Shown here: positions 10,623-21,020 of the stretch, in pieces
Position numbering within the stretch: the stretch's first letter is position 1
Layout: the number at the start of each line of letters is the position of its first letter
Source: a bacterium
GTDB taxonomy: Bacteria > SAR324 > NAC60-12
Length of the DNA stretch: 64,000 bases
Direction: 5' to 3'
NCBI GenBank assembly: GCA_965209155.1
Contig: OZ242383.1
Location: forward strand, 128,001 to 192,000
Notes under the pieces: generated by a model
What the model saw: only the letters and a program-made list of their open reading frames with translations
What the model was told of the DNA's origin: nothing
The model's database searches: none
Position numbers and translations under genes: made by a program

Positions 10623-11984
10623 ATGGAGCAAAAGACTATGCGCAAAAAAAGAACGGATTTGGATCAGTTCATGGCAGGTCTGAAAAAGAGAAATCCGGGT
10701 GAGTCCGAGTTTCACCAGGCAGTTTTCGAAGTGGCGGAGACGTTGATTCCCTACATCAACCAGAATCCCCGGTATCTCGAGTCAAGGATTTTCGAGCGCA
10801 TGACCGAGCCCGACCGTATCGTCATATTTCGCGTATGTTGGGAAGACGATAAAGGAAATATCAGGGTCAATCGTGGTTACCGGGTGCAGTTCAACAATGC
10901 GATTGGTCCCTACAAAGGGGGGTTGCGATTCCATCCATCGGTAAATCTCAGCATTCTCAAATTTCTGGGATTTGAACAAACCTTCAAAAACAGTTTGACG
11001 TCATTGCCGATGGGCGCGGCGAAAGGGGGTGCCAATTTCAACCCAAAAGGTAAATCGAACCGGGAAATCATGCGCTTTTGTCAGGCATTCATTACGGAAT
11101 TGGCACTGCATATCGGAGAAAACATTGATGTTCCTGCAGGGGATATCGGGGTTGGCACGCAGGAAATCAGTTATATGTTCGGGCAATACAAACGCTTGAC
11201 TCACGAATTCACCGGTACTTTAACCGGAAAGGCGTTGGAATTCGGGGGCAGTTTGATTCGCAAAGAAGCCACCGGTTATGGGGCAGCCTATTTTATGGAG
11301 GAAATGTTGAAGCGCCGGGGAAACGCCATTGAAGGCAAGCAAGTGGTAATTTCCGGTTCGGGAAACGTCGCGCAATACGCGGCAGAAAAAGTCGGTCAAT
11401 TGGGAGGTAAAGTAATCGCACTGTCTGACAGCAGTGGCTATATACACGATCCGCAGGGACTGAATCCCGAAAAGATAGCCTATTTGATCCATTTGAAATC
11501 CATCAAACGAGGTCGAATTCGGGAATTCGCCGAGCAGTTCGGATGTGAATTCGTTGCAGGAAAACGTCCTTGGGAAATTCCGTGTGACCTGGCGTTTCCC
11601 TGCGCAACTCAAAATGAGCTGGAGGCGGTGGATGCTCGCAGGCTGGCGGCCAATGGCTGTCTCGCTATTGCGGAAGGGGCGAACATGCCGGTTACTCCAC
11701 AGGCGACTGAGATATTGCACGATGCCAATATCCTTTTTGCCCCAGGTAAAGCTTCCAATGCCGGCGGGGTGGCAATTTCGGGTTTGGAAATGACCCAAAA
11801 CAGTATTCGGATGTCTTGGGAACGAGAAGAATTGGAAAGCCGTCTGAAAGACATCATGCGTCAAATCCACGAAAAATGCGTGGATTTTGGTAGTGACGGG
11901 GATCACGTCAATTACGTCAAGGGTGCCAACCTGGCAGGTTTTGTCAAAGTAGCGGATGCCATGCTGGCTTATGGAGTGATTTAG
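10623..11984 (+). CDS. gdhA: NADP-type glutamate dehydrogenase
   Basis: GPYKGGLRFHP, DVPAGDIGVG, SGSGNVA, AEGANMP. Confidence 0.95.
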   Translation: MEQKTMRKKRTDLDQFMAGLKKRNPGESEFHQAVFEVAETLIPYINQNPRYLESRIFERMTEPDRIVIFRVCWEDDKGNIRVNRGYRVQFNNAIGPYKGGLRFHPSVNLSILKFLGFEQTFKNSLTSLPMGAAKGGANFNPKGKSNREIMRFCQAFITELALHIGENIDVPAGDIGVGTQEISYMFGQYKRLTHEFTGTLTGKALEFGGSLIRKEATGYGAAYFMEEMLKRRGNAIEGKQVVISGSGNVAQYAAEKVGQLGGKVIALSDSSGYIHDPQGLNPEKIAYLIHLKSIKRGRIREFAEQFGCEFVAGKRPWEIPCDLAFPCATQNELEAVDARRLAANGCLAIAEGANMPVTPQATEILHDANILFAPGKASNAGGVAISGLEMTQNSIRMSWEREELESRLKDIMRQIHEKCVDFGSDGDHVNYVKGANLAGFVKVADAMLAYGVI

Positions 11985-12032
11985 TTCGAAAAAACGATAC
12001 CGTGACGGAGTTCGAGGACGAGGCGCAACCTT

Positions 12033-12506
12033 TTATTTTTCTTTTTTGACGGTGAGAACAGGGCAGGGCGCCAGACGAACCACTTTTTCCGCCACGCTGC
12101 CCATCATTAAGTGGGGAACTCCTTTTCTGCCACGAGTACCCATCACGATCATATCCACCTGTTCACTACTGGCATAGTCGATAATTTCCTGAAAAGGAAC
12201 ACCTCGTCGTACCACCTTTTCGACCTCCTTCAACGAGGAGTCGAACTCGAATTCATCCAAAATTTTTCTTGCCTGCACGATAGAGTTGTCGTCGATCTGT
12301 TTCATCATTTCATTCGTAAAATGAGCAGGGCCAATCCAGTCCAGGTACTGATCGTCCGCGACGACTAAAATGGTAACGGAGGCGTGAAAGGCCCTTGCCA
12401 ATGCCGCGGCATAGACCATTGCTTCTTTTGAGGTATCCGATCCGTCTATGGGGACCATGATCTTATTGATCGCTTCCATTGCTCTTCTCCCTTGAATTTC
12501 TTTCAT
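12033..12506 (-). CDS. Universal stress protein
   Basis: IMVPIDGS, DMIVMGTRG, GSVAEKVVRLAPCPVLTV. Confidence 0.93.
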   Translation of the reverse strand: MKEIQGRRAMEAINKIMVPIDGSDTSKEAMVYAAALARAFHASVTILVVADDQYLDWIGPAHFTNEMMKQIDDNSIVQARKILDEFEFDSSLKEVEKVVRRGVPFQEIIDYASSEQVDMIVMGTRGRKGVPHLMMGSVAEKVVRLAPCPVLTVKKEK

Positions 12507-12568
12507 TAAAATTCACCGTATACTCCAGCAGGGCCTATCGTAGCACAATTGACGAGATTTTCTATCCA

Positions 12569-12808
12569 AACCCGAGTTCGAGATAAGCATTTAATCCATT
12601 CAAGATGTTATGGAGTCTTCATATCTCAGAGAAGCCTTGTCATTCCTGCGGAATCAGGAATCCAGATTTAGTCAGTCAGACAGAAATCTGGCTTCCTGCT
12701 CCCCGCTCCCTGCTTTCGCAGGGACAGGTTTAGCGGGGACAAGTTTCGCGCGGATGACCCAGACACCGGGATAGTCCTGTTATTGAAGAGATATGGCGGA
12801 CTCGGGTT
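12569..12808. repeat. Palindromic intergenic repeat, family A (REP/MITE-like)
   Basis: Ends AACCCGAGTTCG / CGGACTCGGGTT; internal GTCATTCCTGCG...GGATGAC and CCCTGCTTTCGCAGGG hairpins; second copy near 20.1 kb. Confidence 0.75.
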
Positions 12809-12810
12809 CC

Positions 12811-14208
12811 TTATGTCAAAGCAGGGACGGCGGCTTTGTGGATAGATTGTTTGACCCTCCAATAAGCGAGTAAACCCATAATTACGTTGGCAGAAGCAAT
12901 TCCGGAAAATATACCCGGCACGTCCCACAACCAAGAGCCTAAGAAGGCCAGGGGAACTACTAAAATAAACAATTGAATCGTGATCAATGCCATCGAGTAT
13001 AGTGGCTTTTTCAATGCATTGCAGGTTGCATTGATCAACATGACCATGCCATGAAATCCATAACCGAGTGGAATAATCCAAAAAAATTGCGCTGCAATGG
13101 CAATCACTTTCTCATCGTCTGAAAAAATTCGCGCAAGCGGAATAGCGGCCATAGCCAGAATAAGATAAACCACAGCGCCCCAAATCAAGGAAAATTGCAA
13201 ACTGAATTGAATCCCTCTCAGGACACGGTTCCATTGTCCGGCTCCCCAGTTTTGCCCCACAAAGGGACCCAGTGAAAGGGACATCGCCAATATTCCAATC
13301 ATGGCTAAAAATTCCAGGCGCGTTCCGACCCCATAGGCTGCTACCGCTTCGGGACCAAAATTTGCGACGATCCGGGTGATAACCGCCGTTGAAAGAGGAA
13401 TGAGCGCTTGAGTTCCGGCAGCAGGAAACCCCACATGAAGAATCTGCTTCCAAGAATGTAGGACTGACTTTAACTCGGGAATGGCAACATCCAACATTTT
13501 TTTCCGAATTCCCAAAAACCAAATTGCAGCGAAAAAGGCCATTGAATAGGCAATCACAGTGGCTAAGGCCGCCCCTTGGATCTCCATGCGAGGAAAAGGA
13601 CCGATCCCGAAAATCAGCAAGGGATCCAAAATAGCATTGACCACTCCTATGACAATTATCACCAGGCTGGGTGTTTTGGTGTCTCCTGTGGCGCGCATGG
13701 CATTGTTTCCGACGATGGGGATCATGATAAATCCCACTCCCATGTACCAGGTTCGCATGTATTCATGGATGAGCGGGAGTAACTCCTCCGTCGCTCCCAT
13801 CATCCGAAATATTGGATCAATCGTATTGATGCCCACGCAGACAACAATTAACGCGACAAGTGCCGCCAAGATCATACTGTCGGTGGTGAACCTGCGTACT
13901 TGTCGATGATTGGCCGAACCGATGGCGTGTGAAATGGCAGCGGACGTTCCAACTCCCAATCCAATCATGAAACTCGTCACCACGAAGATAACGGGAAAAG
14001 TAAAACTGATAGCTGCCAGTTCATTCACTCCGAGCTTACCGACAAAAAATGTGTCTACGATGTTGAACAACATCACGGAAACCATTGCGAACATCATGGG
14101 AACGGACAGCTTGATCAAGGTTTCCCCAATGGACCCATCCAGAAGTTGTGATTTTTGAGAGGTGCTTTGCATAGCTTTTTCGACGATACTTTCGTGTTTG
14201 AGTTTCAA
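12811..14208 (-). CDS. MATE efflux transporter
   Basis: IVDTFFVGKLG, RATGDTKTP, ILDPLLIFG, GAALAT. Confidence 0.93.
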   Translation of the reverse strand: MKLKHESIVEKAMQSTSQKSQLLDGSIGETLIKLSVPMMFAMVSVMLFNIVDTFFVGKLGVNELAAISFTFPVIFVVTSFMIGLGVGTSAAISHAIGSANHRQVRRFTTDSMILAALVALIVVCVGINTIDPIFRMMGATEELLPLIHEYMRTWYMGVGFIMIPIVGNNAMRATGDTKTPSLVIIVIGVVNAILDPLLIFGIGPFPRMEIQGAALATVIAYSMAFFAAIWFLGIRKKMLDVAIPELKSVLHSWKQILHVGFPAAGTQALIPLSTAVITRIVANFGPEAVAAYGVGTRLEFLAMIGILAMSLSLGPFVGQNWGAGQWNRVLRGIQFSLQFSLIWGAVVYLILAMAAIPLARIFSDDEKVIAIAAQFFWIIPLGYGFHGMVMLINATCNALKKPLYSMALITIQLFILVVPLAFLGSWLWDVPGIFSGIASANVIMGLLAYWRVKQSIHKAAVPALT

Positions 14209-14451
14209 ATGAATTGTTTAAAGGGATACGATGCGCTTTGCTGAACACCAGTAGCAATCAGCTAAAACAAACATTGGTTTTTCAGCAATAGAAATCCCAC
14301 TCAGCAAGATCGTCCATCCTTTATTCGAAGCGACTGCCCAAAATGGTACCCTGGCAGAACACGGCTTCAAAGGAAGCAACGATTTATCTGCTTCACCACG
14401 CTACCTGTGAGATTCCTGTTTAAAGAAAAAAAGAGGTGTGGTGTGAGGAGG

Positions 14452-14650
14452 CTAAAACAATTTGACGAATGCAGTGAATATGGCAATACCGATTATCAGC
14501 ATTCCACCCAGCTGCGTCATCAAACAAAATTCCATATCTTTGAGACGTATCTCCATTCGGGATCTCAATCCTTGACTTCCCGGCGGCCCCGTTCGATTTC
14601 AAGACCTTCCTGTTCTATATCAACGTGAACCTGTTGGATTTCATACTGTG
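14452..14650 (-). pseudogene. Frameshifted fragment of a DUF1640-like coiled-coil/TM protein
   Basis: Minus strand reads EIQQVHVDIEQEGLEIE..., then in another frame MEIRLKDMEFCLMTQLGGMLIIGIAIFTAFVKLF*; upstream boundary approximate. Confidence 0.45.
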
Positions 14651-14751
14651 GCCCTCTTTGTTTGGAGATGAATGACATATTAGCATGAAAGATTTCCGAA
14701 TACAAACGATTCATGATCGAATTCAAGTGATTTAAATCCCATTTCAGAACA

Positions 14752-15313
14752 GTCATCACCACCGGCAGAGCCGGTGGCTTGAAGAGGCCCCCAGGATGAG
14801 GGCAAAACGTGTTCGTCATCGTAAGACGTGCTCGTGCTCGTGAACGAAAAAGGCTGCCATGTTAGATCATGAAAAACTCGATGTATACCAATGTTCCATC
14901 GAATTTTTAGCGTTATCTGTCCAAGTCATCGAAACATTGCCAAAAGGATACTCAGCCTTAGTTGACCAACAGAAAAGGGCCTCATGGTCGATTCCTCTCA
15001 ATATCGCAGAAGGCTGTGGAAAAAATTCCTTTGCTGACAAGCAACGATTCTATGCATTTGCCCGAGGTTCCGCAATGGAATGCGCTGCTATTCTCGATGT
15101 TTTAAACGTGTTGAAGATCATCCAGCCTCCTTTATTTGACGAAGGGAAACAGTTACTTCATCGCATTGTTTCTATGTTAACCAAAATGTGCCGTCGAATT
15201 CACTGACCGTTCACGAGCACGAGCACGGCTCACGGACACGGATACGTTTCTCATGTCTGACCGGCAAAGCCTATTAGGTTCGCACCAGCAGAGCTGGTGG
15301 TTTAATGAGATTA
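14752..15313 (+). mobile_element. Copy C of the 562-bp element (first unit of the tandem)
   Basis: GTCATCACCACCGG...GGTTTAATGAGATTA, abutting copy D. Confidence 0.95.
14859..15206 (+). CDS. Four helix bundle protein
   Basis: Near-identical to the other copies (L->Q change). Confidence 0.9.
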   Translation: MLDHEKLDVYQCSIEFLALSVQVIETLPKGYSALVDQQKRASWSIPLNIAEGCGKNSFADKQRFYAFARGSAMECAAILDVLNVLKIIQPPLFDEGKQLLHRIVSMLTKMCRRIH

Positions 15314-15875
15314 GTCATCACCACCGGCAGAGCCGGTGGCTTGAAGAGGCCCCCAGTATGAGGGCAAAACGTGTTCGTCATCGTATGACGTGCTCGTGCT
15401 CGTGAACGAAAAAAGCTGCCATGTTAGATCATGAAAAACTCGATGTATACCAATGTTCCATCGAATTTTTAGCGTTATCTGTCCAAGTCATCGAAACATT
15501 GCCAAAAGGATACTCAGCCTTAGTTGACCAACTGAAAAGGGCCTCATGGTCGATTCCTCTCAATATCGCAGAAGGCTGTGGAAAAAATTCCTTTCCTGAC
15601 AAGCAACGATTCTATGCATTTGCCCGAGGTTCCGCAATGGAATGCGCTGCTATTCTCGATGTTTTAAACGTGTTGAAGATCATCCAGCCTCCTTTATTTG
15701 ACGAAGGGAAACAGTTACTTCATCGCATTGTTTCTATGTTAACCAAAATGTGCCGTCGAATTCACTGACCGTTCACGAGCACGAGCACGGCTCACGGACA
15801 CGGATACCTTTCTCATGTCTGACCGGCAAAGCCTATTAGGTTCGCACCAGCAGAGCTGGTGGTTTAATGAGATTA
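15314..15875 (+). mobile_element. Copy D of the 562-bp element (second unit of the tandem)
   Basis: Same ends, followed by ATTA. Confidence 0.95.
15421..15768 (+). CDS. Four helix bundle protein
   Basis: Consensus sequence of the family in this window. Confidence 0.9.
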   Translation: MLDHEKLDVYQCSIEFLALSVQVIETLPKGYSALVDQLKRASWSIPLNIAEGCGKNSFPDKQRFYAFARGSAMECAAILDVLNVLKIIQPPLFDEGKQLLHRIVSMLTKMCRRIH

Positions 15876-15900
15876 ATTAATGGCGCAAATCGCGATCCAT

Positions 15901-16338
15901 TCAGGATTCGGCGAGGGTTTTGTAAAAGTCCTTTTTGGATTTATGCGTTTCCGGATCCAATTTATACTCTTCACTGTGTTTGACCAACAGTTGATGCGCT
16001 TTGAATACCGTGCCCTGCATTTTCCCTTCCACGACCACCCCTTGCCCTTCACGAAACATATCGGGTTTCACCCCCTGGTAAACCACCGGGATGAAGTGTT
16101 TCGAATCTTCTGTGACCCTGAAAGAAAGATGGAGAGTTTCGGCATCCCATTTCACACTACCCGGTTGCACCAGCGCGCCGATGCGAATCACTTTATTTTC
16201 AAAATCGGCGGGAGAGATGAGAATTTCTTTGGGCGTGTGGAAAAACACCGTCATTTCTTGCAAGCCTTGAATGGAAATTGCCGCCAGCGTAGCAAAGACT
16301 ACCAGACCTCCGATTAAAAATTTATAAGTACTTTTCAC
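15901..16338 (-). CDS. ccmE: Cytochrome c maturation haem chaperone
   Basis: IRIGALV, PDMFREGQGVVVEG, VKHSEEY. Confidence 0.92.
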   Translation of the reverse strand: MKSTYKFLIGGLVVFATLAAISIQGLQEMTVFFHTPKEILISPADFENKVIRIGALVQPGSVKWDAETLHLSFRVTEDSKHFIPVVYQGVKPDMFREGQGVVVEGKMQGTVFKAHQLLVKHSEEYKLDPETHKSKKDFYKTLAES

Positions 16339-16475
16339 GATTTCTTCTCATATTCCAGATTTTCCAAAGCATTGGTATAGCTTTTCAGCCTGCGTCTCGT
16401 AACCCAGACGTAGATGACCAAAACGACCAACCATATTCCATAGGTGGAGAAGACGAATTCCAAATTCATTGGCAT
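16335..16475 (-). CDS. ccmD: Small membrane protein CcmD (46 aa, not in the ORF track)
   Basis: MPMNLEFVFSTYGIWLVVLVIYVWVTRRRLK... between ccmC and ccmE; stop overlaps the ccmE start. Confidence 0.75.
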   Translation of the reverse strand: MPMNLEFVFSTYGIWLVVLVIYVWVTRRRLKSYTNALENLEYEKKS

Positions 16476-16477
16476 GG

Positions 16478-17209
16478 TTACAATGCTCCATCACTGTTGA
16501 CCATCCGCTCTTGCAAACGATGATACTGACGTTCCACGTGGAGACGTAAGAAAAGAAGATAGAGATAAAAAATCAACATGGCCCCCATGCTGGCCAGCAG
16601 GGGTAGAAGTAACTCCGAAGGCATGGATGGTTGAGGTTCTCCTGTTGCTCCTACTTTGAGTAAAGTGCTGGGTTGGTGCAGGGTACGCCACCATTCCACT
16701 GATTTGTGAATGATGGGGATATCCAAAAAACCAATTATACCCAAAACCGAAGCAAATCGCGCCTCTTTTTCTCTTTCTTTCGAAAAAGTACGAAGGAGAA
16801 AATATCCGGCGAAAATGAGAAAGAGCAACAGCGTGGTAGTCAGACGGGCGTCCCAAACCCAATAGGTCCCCCATGTGGGCTTACCCCAGATGGCTCCCGT
16901 GACCAGGACAAGCCCGCAGAAAATCAAGCCGATTTCAGCAGAAGACTTGGCCACTTGATCAAAAAACAAATCATGTTTCCATAAATAGGCAATACTGCAG
17001 GCAAATACTATGAAAAAGGCGGTATACGTCACGATGACCGAGGGCACGTGGAGATACATGATCTTTTGTACGAATCCCATTCCCGATTCAATGGGAGTGG
17101 CGAAGAAAATCCATACCCCGCATCCAAGCAGACACAGCAAGGAGAGGGGTTCCAGGATGGTTATAGCGCGGGTCATCCGCGATTTTTCGATTTGTTCTTT
17201 ATCCATCAA
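16478..17209 (-). CDS. ccmC: Haem exporter C
   Basis: IMYLHVP, WGKPTWGTYWVWDARLT, WWRTLHQ. Confidence 0.95.
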   Translation of the reverse strand: MMDKEQIEKSRMTRAITILEPLSLLCLLGCGVWIFFATPIESGMGFVQKIMYLHVPSVIVTYTAFFIVFACSIAYLWKHDLFFDQVAKSSAEIGLIFCGLVLVTGAIWGKPTWGTYWVWDARLTTTLLLFLIFAGYFLLRTFSKEREKEARFASVLGIIGFLDIPIIHKSVEWWRTLHQPSTLLKVGATGEPQPSMPSELLLPLLASMGAMLIFYLYLLFLRLHVERQYHRLQERMVNSDGAL

Positions 17210-18632
17210 GATTTTCTTTCAACAATTGGTGGACAATTCGAGGATTGGCCTGTCCTTTAGTGGCTTTCATGATTTGGCCTATAAAAAAACCGAATACTTT
17301 TTGTTTCCCATTCCGGTATTGCTGAACTTGCGCAGGGCTTTGATTGATGGTTTCCAGGACCAGGCGTTCCAAGGCGCTGAAATCCGAAATTTGTTTCAAG
17401 CCTTTGGAGTCTACGATGGTCCGGGGAGATTGAGGATTTTCAAGCATTTCCTCGAAAACGGTCTTGGCGATTTTTCCGCTGATGGAGTTCTCCGAGATCA
17501 TCCCGATCAATTCTGCCAACCGCTGAGGGGAAATACCGATTTCATCGATGCCGGATTTGGTTTCGTTCATCACCCGACCCATTTCCACCATCACCCAACT
17601 GAAGGCCAGTTTGGAATCCGTGTTCTCGGCTACCACCGCTTCATAGAAGTCGGCAATCGCGCGATTGACCACCAGGCGTCTTGCATCCTCATCTCTCAGT
17701 TGATACTTGACTACAAATCGTTTTTGTTTGGCATCTGGCAATTCCGGAAGTTTTTGCGCGATGTGATCGACCCATGCCTGAGAAATATGGACAACAGGTA
17801 AATCAGGATCGGGAAAATAGCGATAATCGTGGGCTTCCTCTTTGTTGCGCATGCTATAAGTCACTTTTTTATCCGCATCCCACTGACGCGTTTCTTGCGT
17901 GATTTCGTGACCATCCAGGACTTCCCCGATTTGCCGCTCGATTTCAAAATCGAGAGCTTGTTGTACAAAACGAAACGAATTGATATTTTTTGTTTCAGTG
18001 CGAGTGCCGAGTTCTTGCTGTCCTTTCAGACGGATGGAAACATTGGCGTCGCAGCGAAGGTTTCCTTTTTCCATATCTCCGTCAGAAATGCGGAGGTAAG
18101 TTACCAGCGAGTGGATTTTTTCCATATACGCTTTTGCTTCCTCCGGAGAACGAATATCGGGTTCGCTGACAATCTCCAGCAAAGGCATTCCCGCACGATT
18201 CAAATCCACGTAACTGTTGGAACCGTTTCCCTCGTGATGGAGCAATTTGCCGGCATCTTCTTCCATGTGAATACGCGTGATGCGAATTCGTTTGAGACTC
18301 CCATTGACTGAGATGTCAAGCCACCCGTTTTCACAAATCGGGCGATCGAATTGTGATATCTGGTAAGCTTTGGGTAAATCCGGGTAAAAATAATTTTTGC
18401 GCGCAAACTGAGAATCGAGTCGAATCGCGCAATGGGTGGCCAATCCCAAGCGCACCGCAAATTCCAGAACACTTTTATTCAATACCGGCAAAACCCCCGG
18501 TAGCCCCAGACAGACCGGACAGGTGTTTTTGTTTGCAAGCGCCCCGTATTCCGTAGAACAACGGCAGAATATTTTGGACTCTGTGGCTAGTTGGACATGA
18601 ATTTCCAAACCAATGACGGGTTCAAATTCCAT
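17199..18632 (-). CDS. gatB: Asp/Glu-tRNA amidotransferase subunit B
   Basis: VIGLEIHVQL, RKNYFYPDLPK, HMEEDAGK, DYRYFPDPDL. Confidence 0.97.
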   Translation of the reverse strand: MEFEPVIGLEIHVQLATESKIFCRCSTEYGALANKNTCPVCLGLPGVLPVLNKSVLEFAVRLGLATHCAIRLDSQFARKNYFYPDLPKAYQISQFDRPICENGWLDISVNGSLKRIRITRIHMEEDAGKLLHHEGNGSNSYVDLNRAGMPLLEIVSEPDIRSPEEAKAYMEKIHSLVTYLRISDGDMEKGNLRCDANVSIRLKGQQELGTRTETKNINSFRFVQQALDFEIERQIGEVLDGHEITQETRQWDADKKVTYSMRNKEEAHDYRYFPDPDLPVVHISQAWVDHIAQKLPELPDAKQKRFVVKYQLRDEDARRLVVNRAIADFYEAVVAENTDSKLAFSWVMVEMGRVMNETKSGIDEIGISPQRLAELIGMISENSISGKIAKTVFEEMLENPQSPRTIVDSKGLKQISDFSALERLVLETINQSPAQVQQYRNGKQKVFGFFIGQIMKATKGQANPRIVHQLLKENLDG

Positions 18633-18801
18633 GAATGCCTTTTCATGAATTGGCTTTAAAAACTTGTTCCAGGTTGAATATTCAGACAATATCAGTGTTT
18701 GACTGAGAGATTGCGTTCCCTGATTTTACAGGGAACATTCTGGAAAAGAAAGCGTATTGTCGCTTCAGAGTCGTCTGCAATTGCTTTATCTATAAACTTA
18801 A

Positions 18802-20046
18802 TTGGCCAGTCCTGAAAAAAAATCACTTTTTACAAGTTCGGAAAAAAAGGGCATCTATAGCCTGAGTTGCATCTTATTTTTCAGGATGTTTGGGCTTTTT
18901 TTAGTGATTCCCGTCTTCAGCCTGCTGGCCTTGGACTTGAAAGGCGCCACTCCATTACTGATTGGAGTGGCACTGGGGGCTTATGCGCTGACGCAGGCTT
19001 TTTTACAGATTCCCTTCGGTATCTGGAGTGATCGAATAGGCAGGAAACCCGTAATTGCCTTGGGGCTCGGATTATTTATTCTGGGAAGCGCCATGGGCGT
19101 GGTGGTCGAAGACATCTATTGGATGATAGTCGCGCGATTGCTCCAGGGGGCCGGGGCAATCAGCAGCACCATGTTCGCCCTGATCGCCGATTTGACGCGT
19201 CCGGAAGTCCGCGCGCGAGCCAATGCGGGGTTAGGCGCAAGCGTGGGTCTGGCTTTTGGCGTTGCATTTTTAGTCGCCCCTGTTTTGGGAGGATGGATGG
19301 GATTGACCGGCATTTTTACACTGATCACCGTGATGGCTCTCACCAGCCTGGTCATTTTAGTCTGTTGGGTGCCCCAACCTCAGCAAAAAGTCGTCGTTTC
19401 GGAATCGATGTGGTCCAGGATCAAAACAGTGTTAGGGATGCCCGTGCTTTTGAAGATCGATTTCGGCGCTTTCATCACCACCGTGGGATTGTCTTCCATT
19501 TTCTTTATCACCCCGTTGGTTTTATACGAACATGGTTTTGCAAAAACGGATCTGTGGAAAGTTTATCTTCCCATGCTGCTGCTTGGAGGCATAGCCATGT
19601 TCACCTCGACGATTTACGCGGAAACGCGAAATCGTTATCGAGCCGTGATGATGGCAGGCGCTGGATTGCTGTTGATTTCATTTTTACTGTTTTGGGCAGG
19701 AAAAGAATGGAATGCCGTGCCGCTTTACCTGGCAGCCTTGTTTTCATTTTTCATGGGATTCAATGTGTTTGAGCCAATCTTTCCGAGCTTATTGACTCGT
19801 ATGACGACTCCCCAAACCAAAGGAACCGCCAGTGGCATTTACAGTTTTTCCCATTTTATGGGCAATTTTGCAGGAGCCGTTTTAGCAGGATTGTGGTACC
19901 GTGAGCACCATTCCTGGCTTTTTTTATTACTGGTGAGCATGGTCGCTTTATTTTTTTATTTCCTTCTGAATTTTCCCAATCCGGAGAAACGGGAAACTTT
20001 TTTGAAATCCGCAGAGCAAAAAGTTGCTGCTTCCAATTGCAGGTGA
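18802..20046 (+). CDS. MFS transporter (YajR-like)
   Basis: RMFGLF, QIPFGIWSDRIGRKP, RLLQGAGAI. Confidence 0.9.
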   Translation: MASPEKKSLFTSSEKKGIYSLSCILFFRMFGLFLVIPVFSLLALDLKGATPLLIGVALGAYALTQAFLQIPFGIWSDRIGRKPVIALGLGLFILGSAMGVVVEDIYWMIVARLLQGAGAISSTMFALIADLTRPEVRARANAGLGASVGLAFGVAFLVAPVLGGWMGLTGIFTLITVMALTSLVILVCWVPQPQQKVVVSESMWSRIKTVLGMPVLLKIDFGAFITTVGLSSIFFITPLVLYEHGFAKTDLWKVYLPMLLLGGIAMFTSTIYAETRNRYRAVMMAGAGLLLISFLLFWAGKEWNAVPLYLAALFSFFMGFNVFEPIFPSLLTRMTTPQTKGTASGIYSFSHFMGNFAGAVLAGLWYREHHSWLFLLLVSMVALFFYFLLNFPNPEKRETFLKSAEQKVAASNCR

Positions 20047-20261
20047 TTTTTCCAAAAACCATAATGGAATCTACATATCTTAGAGAAACCTTGTCATTTC
20101 TGCGAAAGCAGGAATCCTGAAGCATGCAGCCAGCCAGAAATCCGGATCCCCGCTCCCTGTTCCCTGCTTTCGCAGGGACAAGTTTAGCGGGAACAAGCTT
20201 CGCGCGGATGGCATAGACAACAGGATACTCCTATTACGTGAACCAGGAGTTGAAATTTAAT

Positions 20262-20823
20262 TAATCTCATTAAACCACCAGCTCTGCTGGTGCGAACCTA
20301 ATAGGCTTTGCCGGTCAGACATGAGAAACGTATCCGTGTCCGTTAGCCGTGCTCGTGCTCGTGAACGGTCAGTGAATTCGACGGCACATTTTGGTTAACA
20401 TAGAAACAATGCGATGAAGTAACTGTTTCCCTTCGTCAAATAAAGGAGGCTGGATGATCTTCAACACGTTTAAAACATCGAGAATAGCAACGCATTCCAT
20501 TGCGGAACCTCGGGCCAATGCATAGAATCGTTGCTTGTCAGGAAAGGAATTTTGTCCACAGCCTTCTGCGATATTGAGAGGAATCGACCATGAGGCCCTT
20601 TTCAGTTGGTCAACTAAGGCTGAGTATTCTTTTGGCAATGTTTCGATGACTTGGACAGGTAACGCTAAAAATTCGATGGAACATTGGTATACATCGAGTT
20701 TTTCATGATCTAACATGGCAGCCTTTTTCGTTCACGAGCACGAGCACGTCTTACGATGACGAACACGTTTTGCCCCCATCCTGGGGGCCTCTTCAAGCCA
20801 CCGGCTCTGCCGGTGGTGATGAC
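20262..20823 (-). mobile_element. Copy E of the 562-bp element
   Basis: TAAT|TAATCTC...GATGAC|T. Confidence 0.95.
20369..20716 (-). CDS. Four helix bundle protein
   Basis: Five substitutions relative to the consensus. Confidence 0.88.
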   Translation of the reverse strand: MLDHEKLDVYQCSIEFLALPVQVIETLPKEYSALVDQLKRASWSIPLNIAEGCGQNSFPDKQRFYALARGSAMECVAILDVLNVLKIIQPPLFDEGKQLLHRIVSMLTKMCRRIH

Positions 20824-21020
20824 TTATAAAATCAATAATTTTGATTATGATGTGTCATGCTGGTCCCGGATCAAGCCGGGATGATCCGGCATCCAAAATA
20901 TCGCCCGTTTCCCCTGGATCCTGGTCAAGCCAGGAATGACACGTTTTTCAACCCCTGATTCCCATTCCTATTATTGAAGATTTAACTCGAACTCAGGTTA
21001 AATACCAAAAGAGGTTTACT

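Larger units (their letters stand above)
20066..20999. repeat. Second family-A repeat, interrupted by a family-B repeat (20238-20963) that is itself interrupted by copy E
   Basis: 20066-20236 matches 12612-12783; the tail TTATTGAAGA...ACTCAGGTT resumes after about 20966. Confidence 0.7.

Noticed and set aside
14565..14819. Short ORFs overlapping element ends (also 4029-4223 and 29156-29365)
   Set aside because: Chance frames through the hairpin termini that differ beyond each junction
14752..15875. CRISPR array or integron cassettes
   Set aside because: The units are dispersed 562-bp elements with no unique spacers, attC sites, cas or intI
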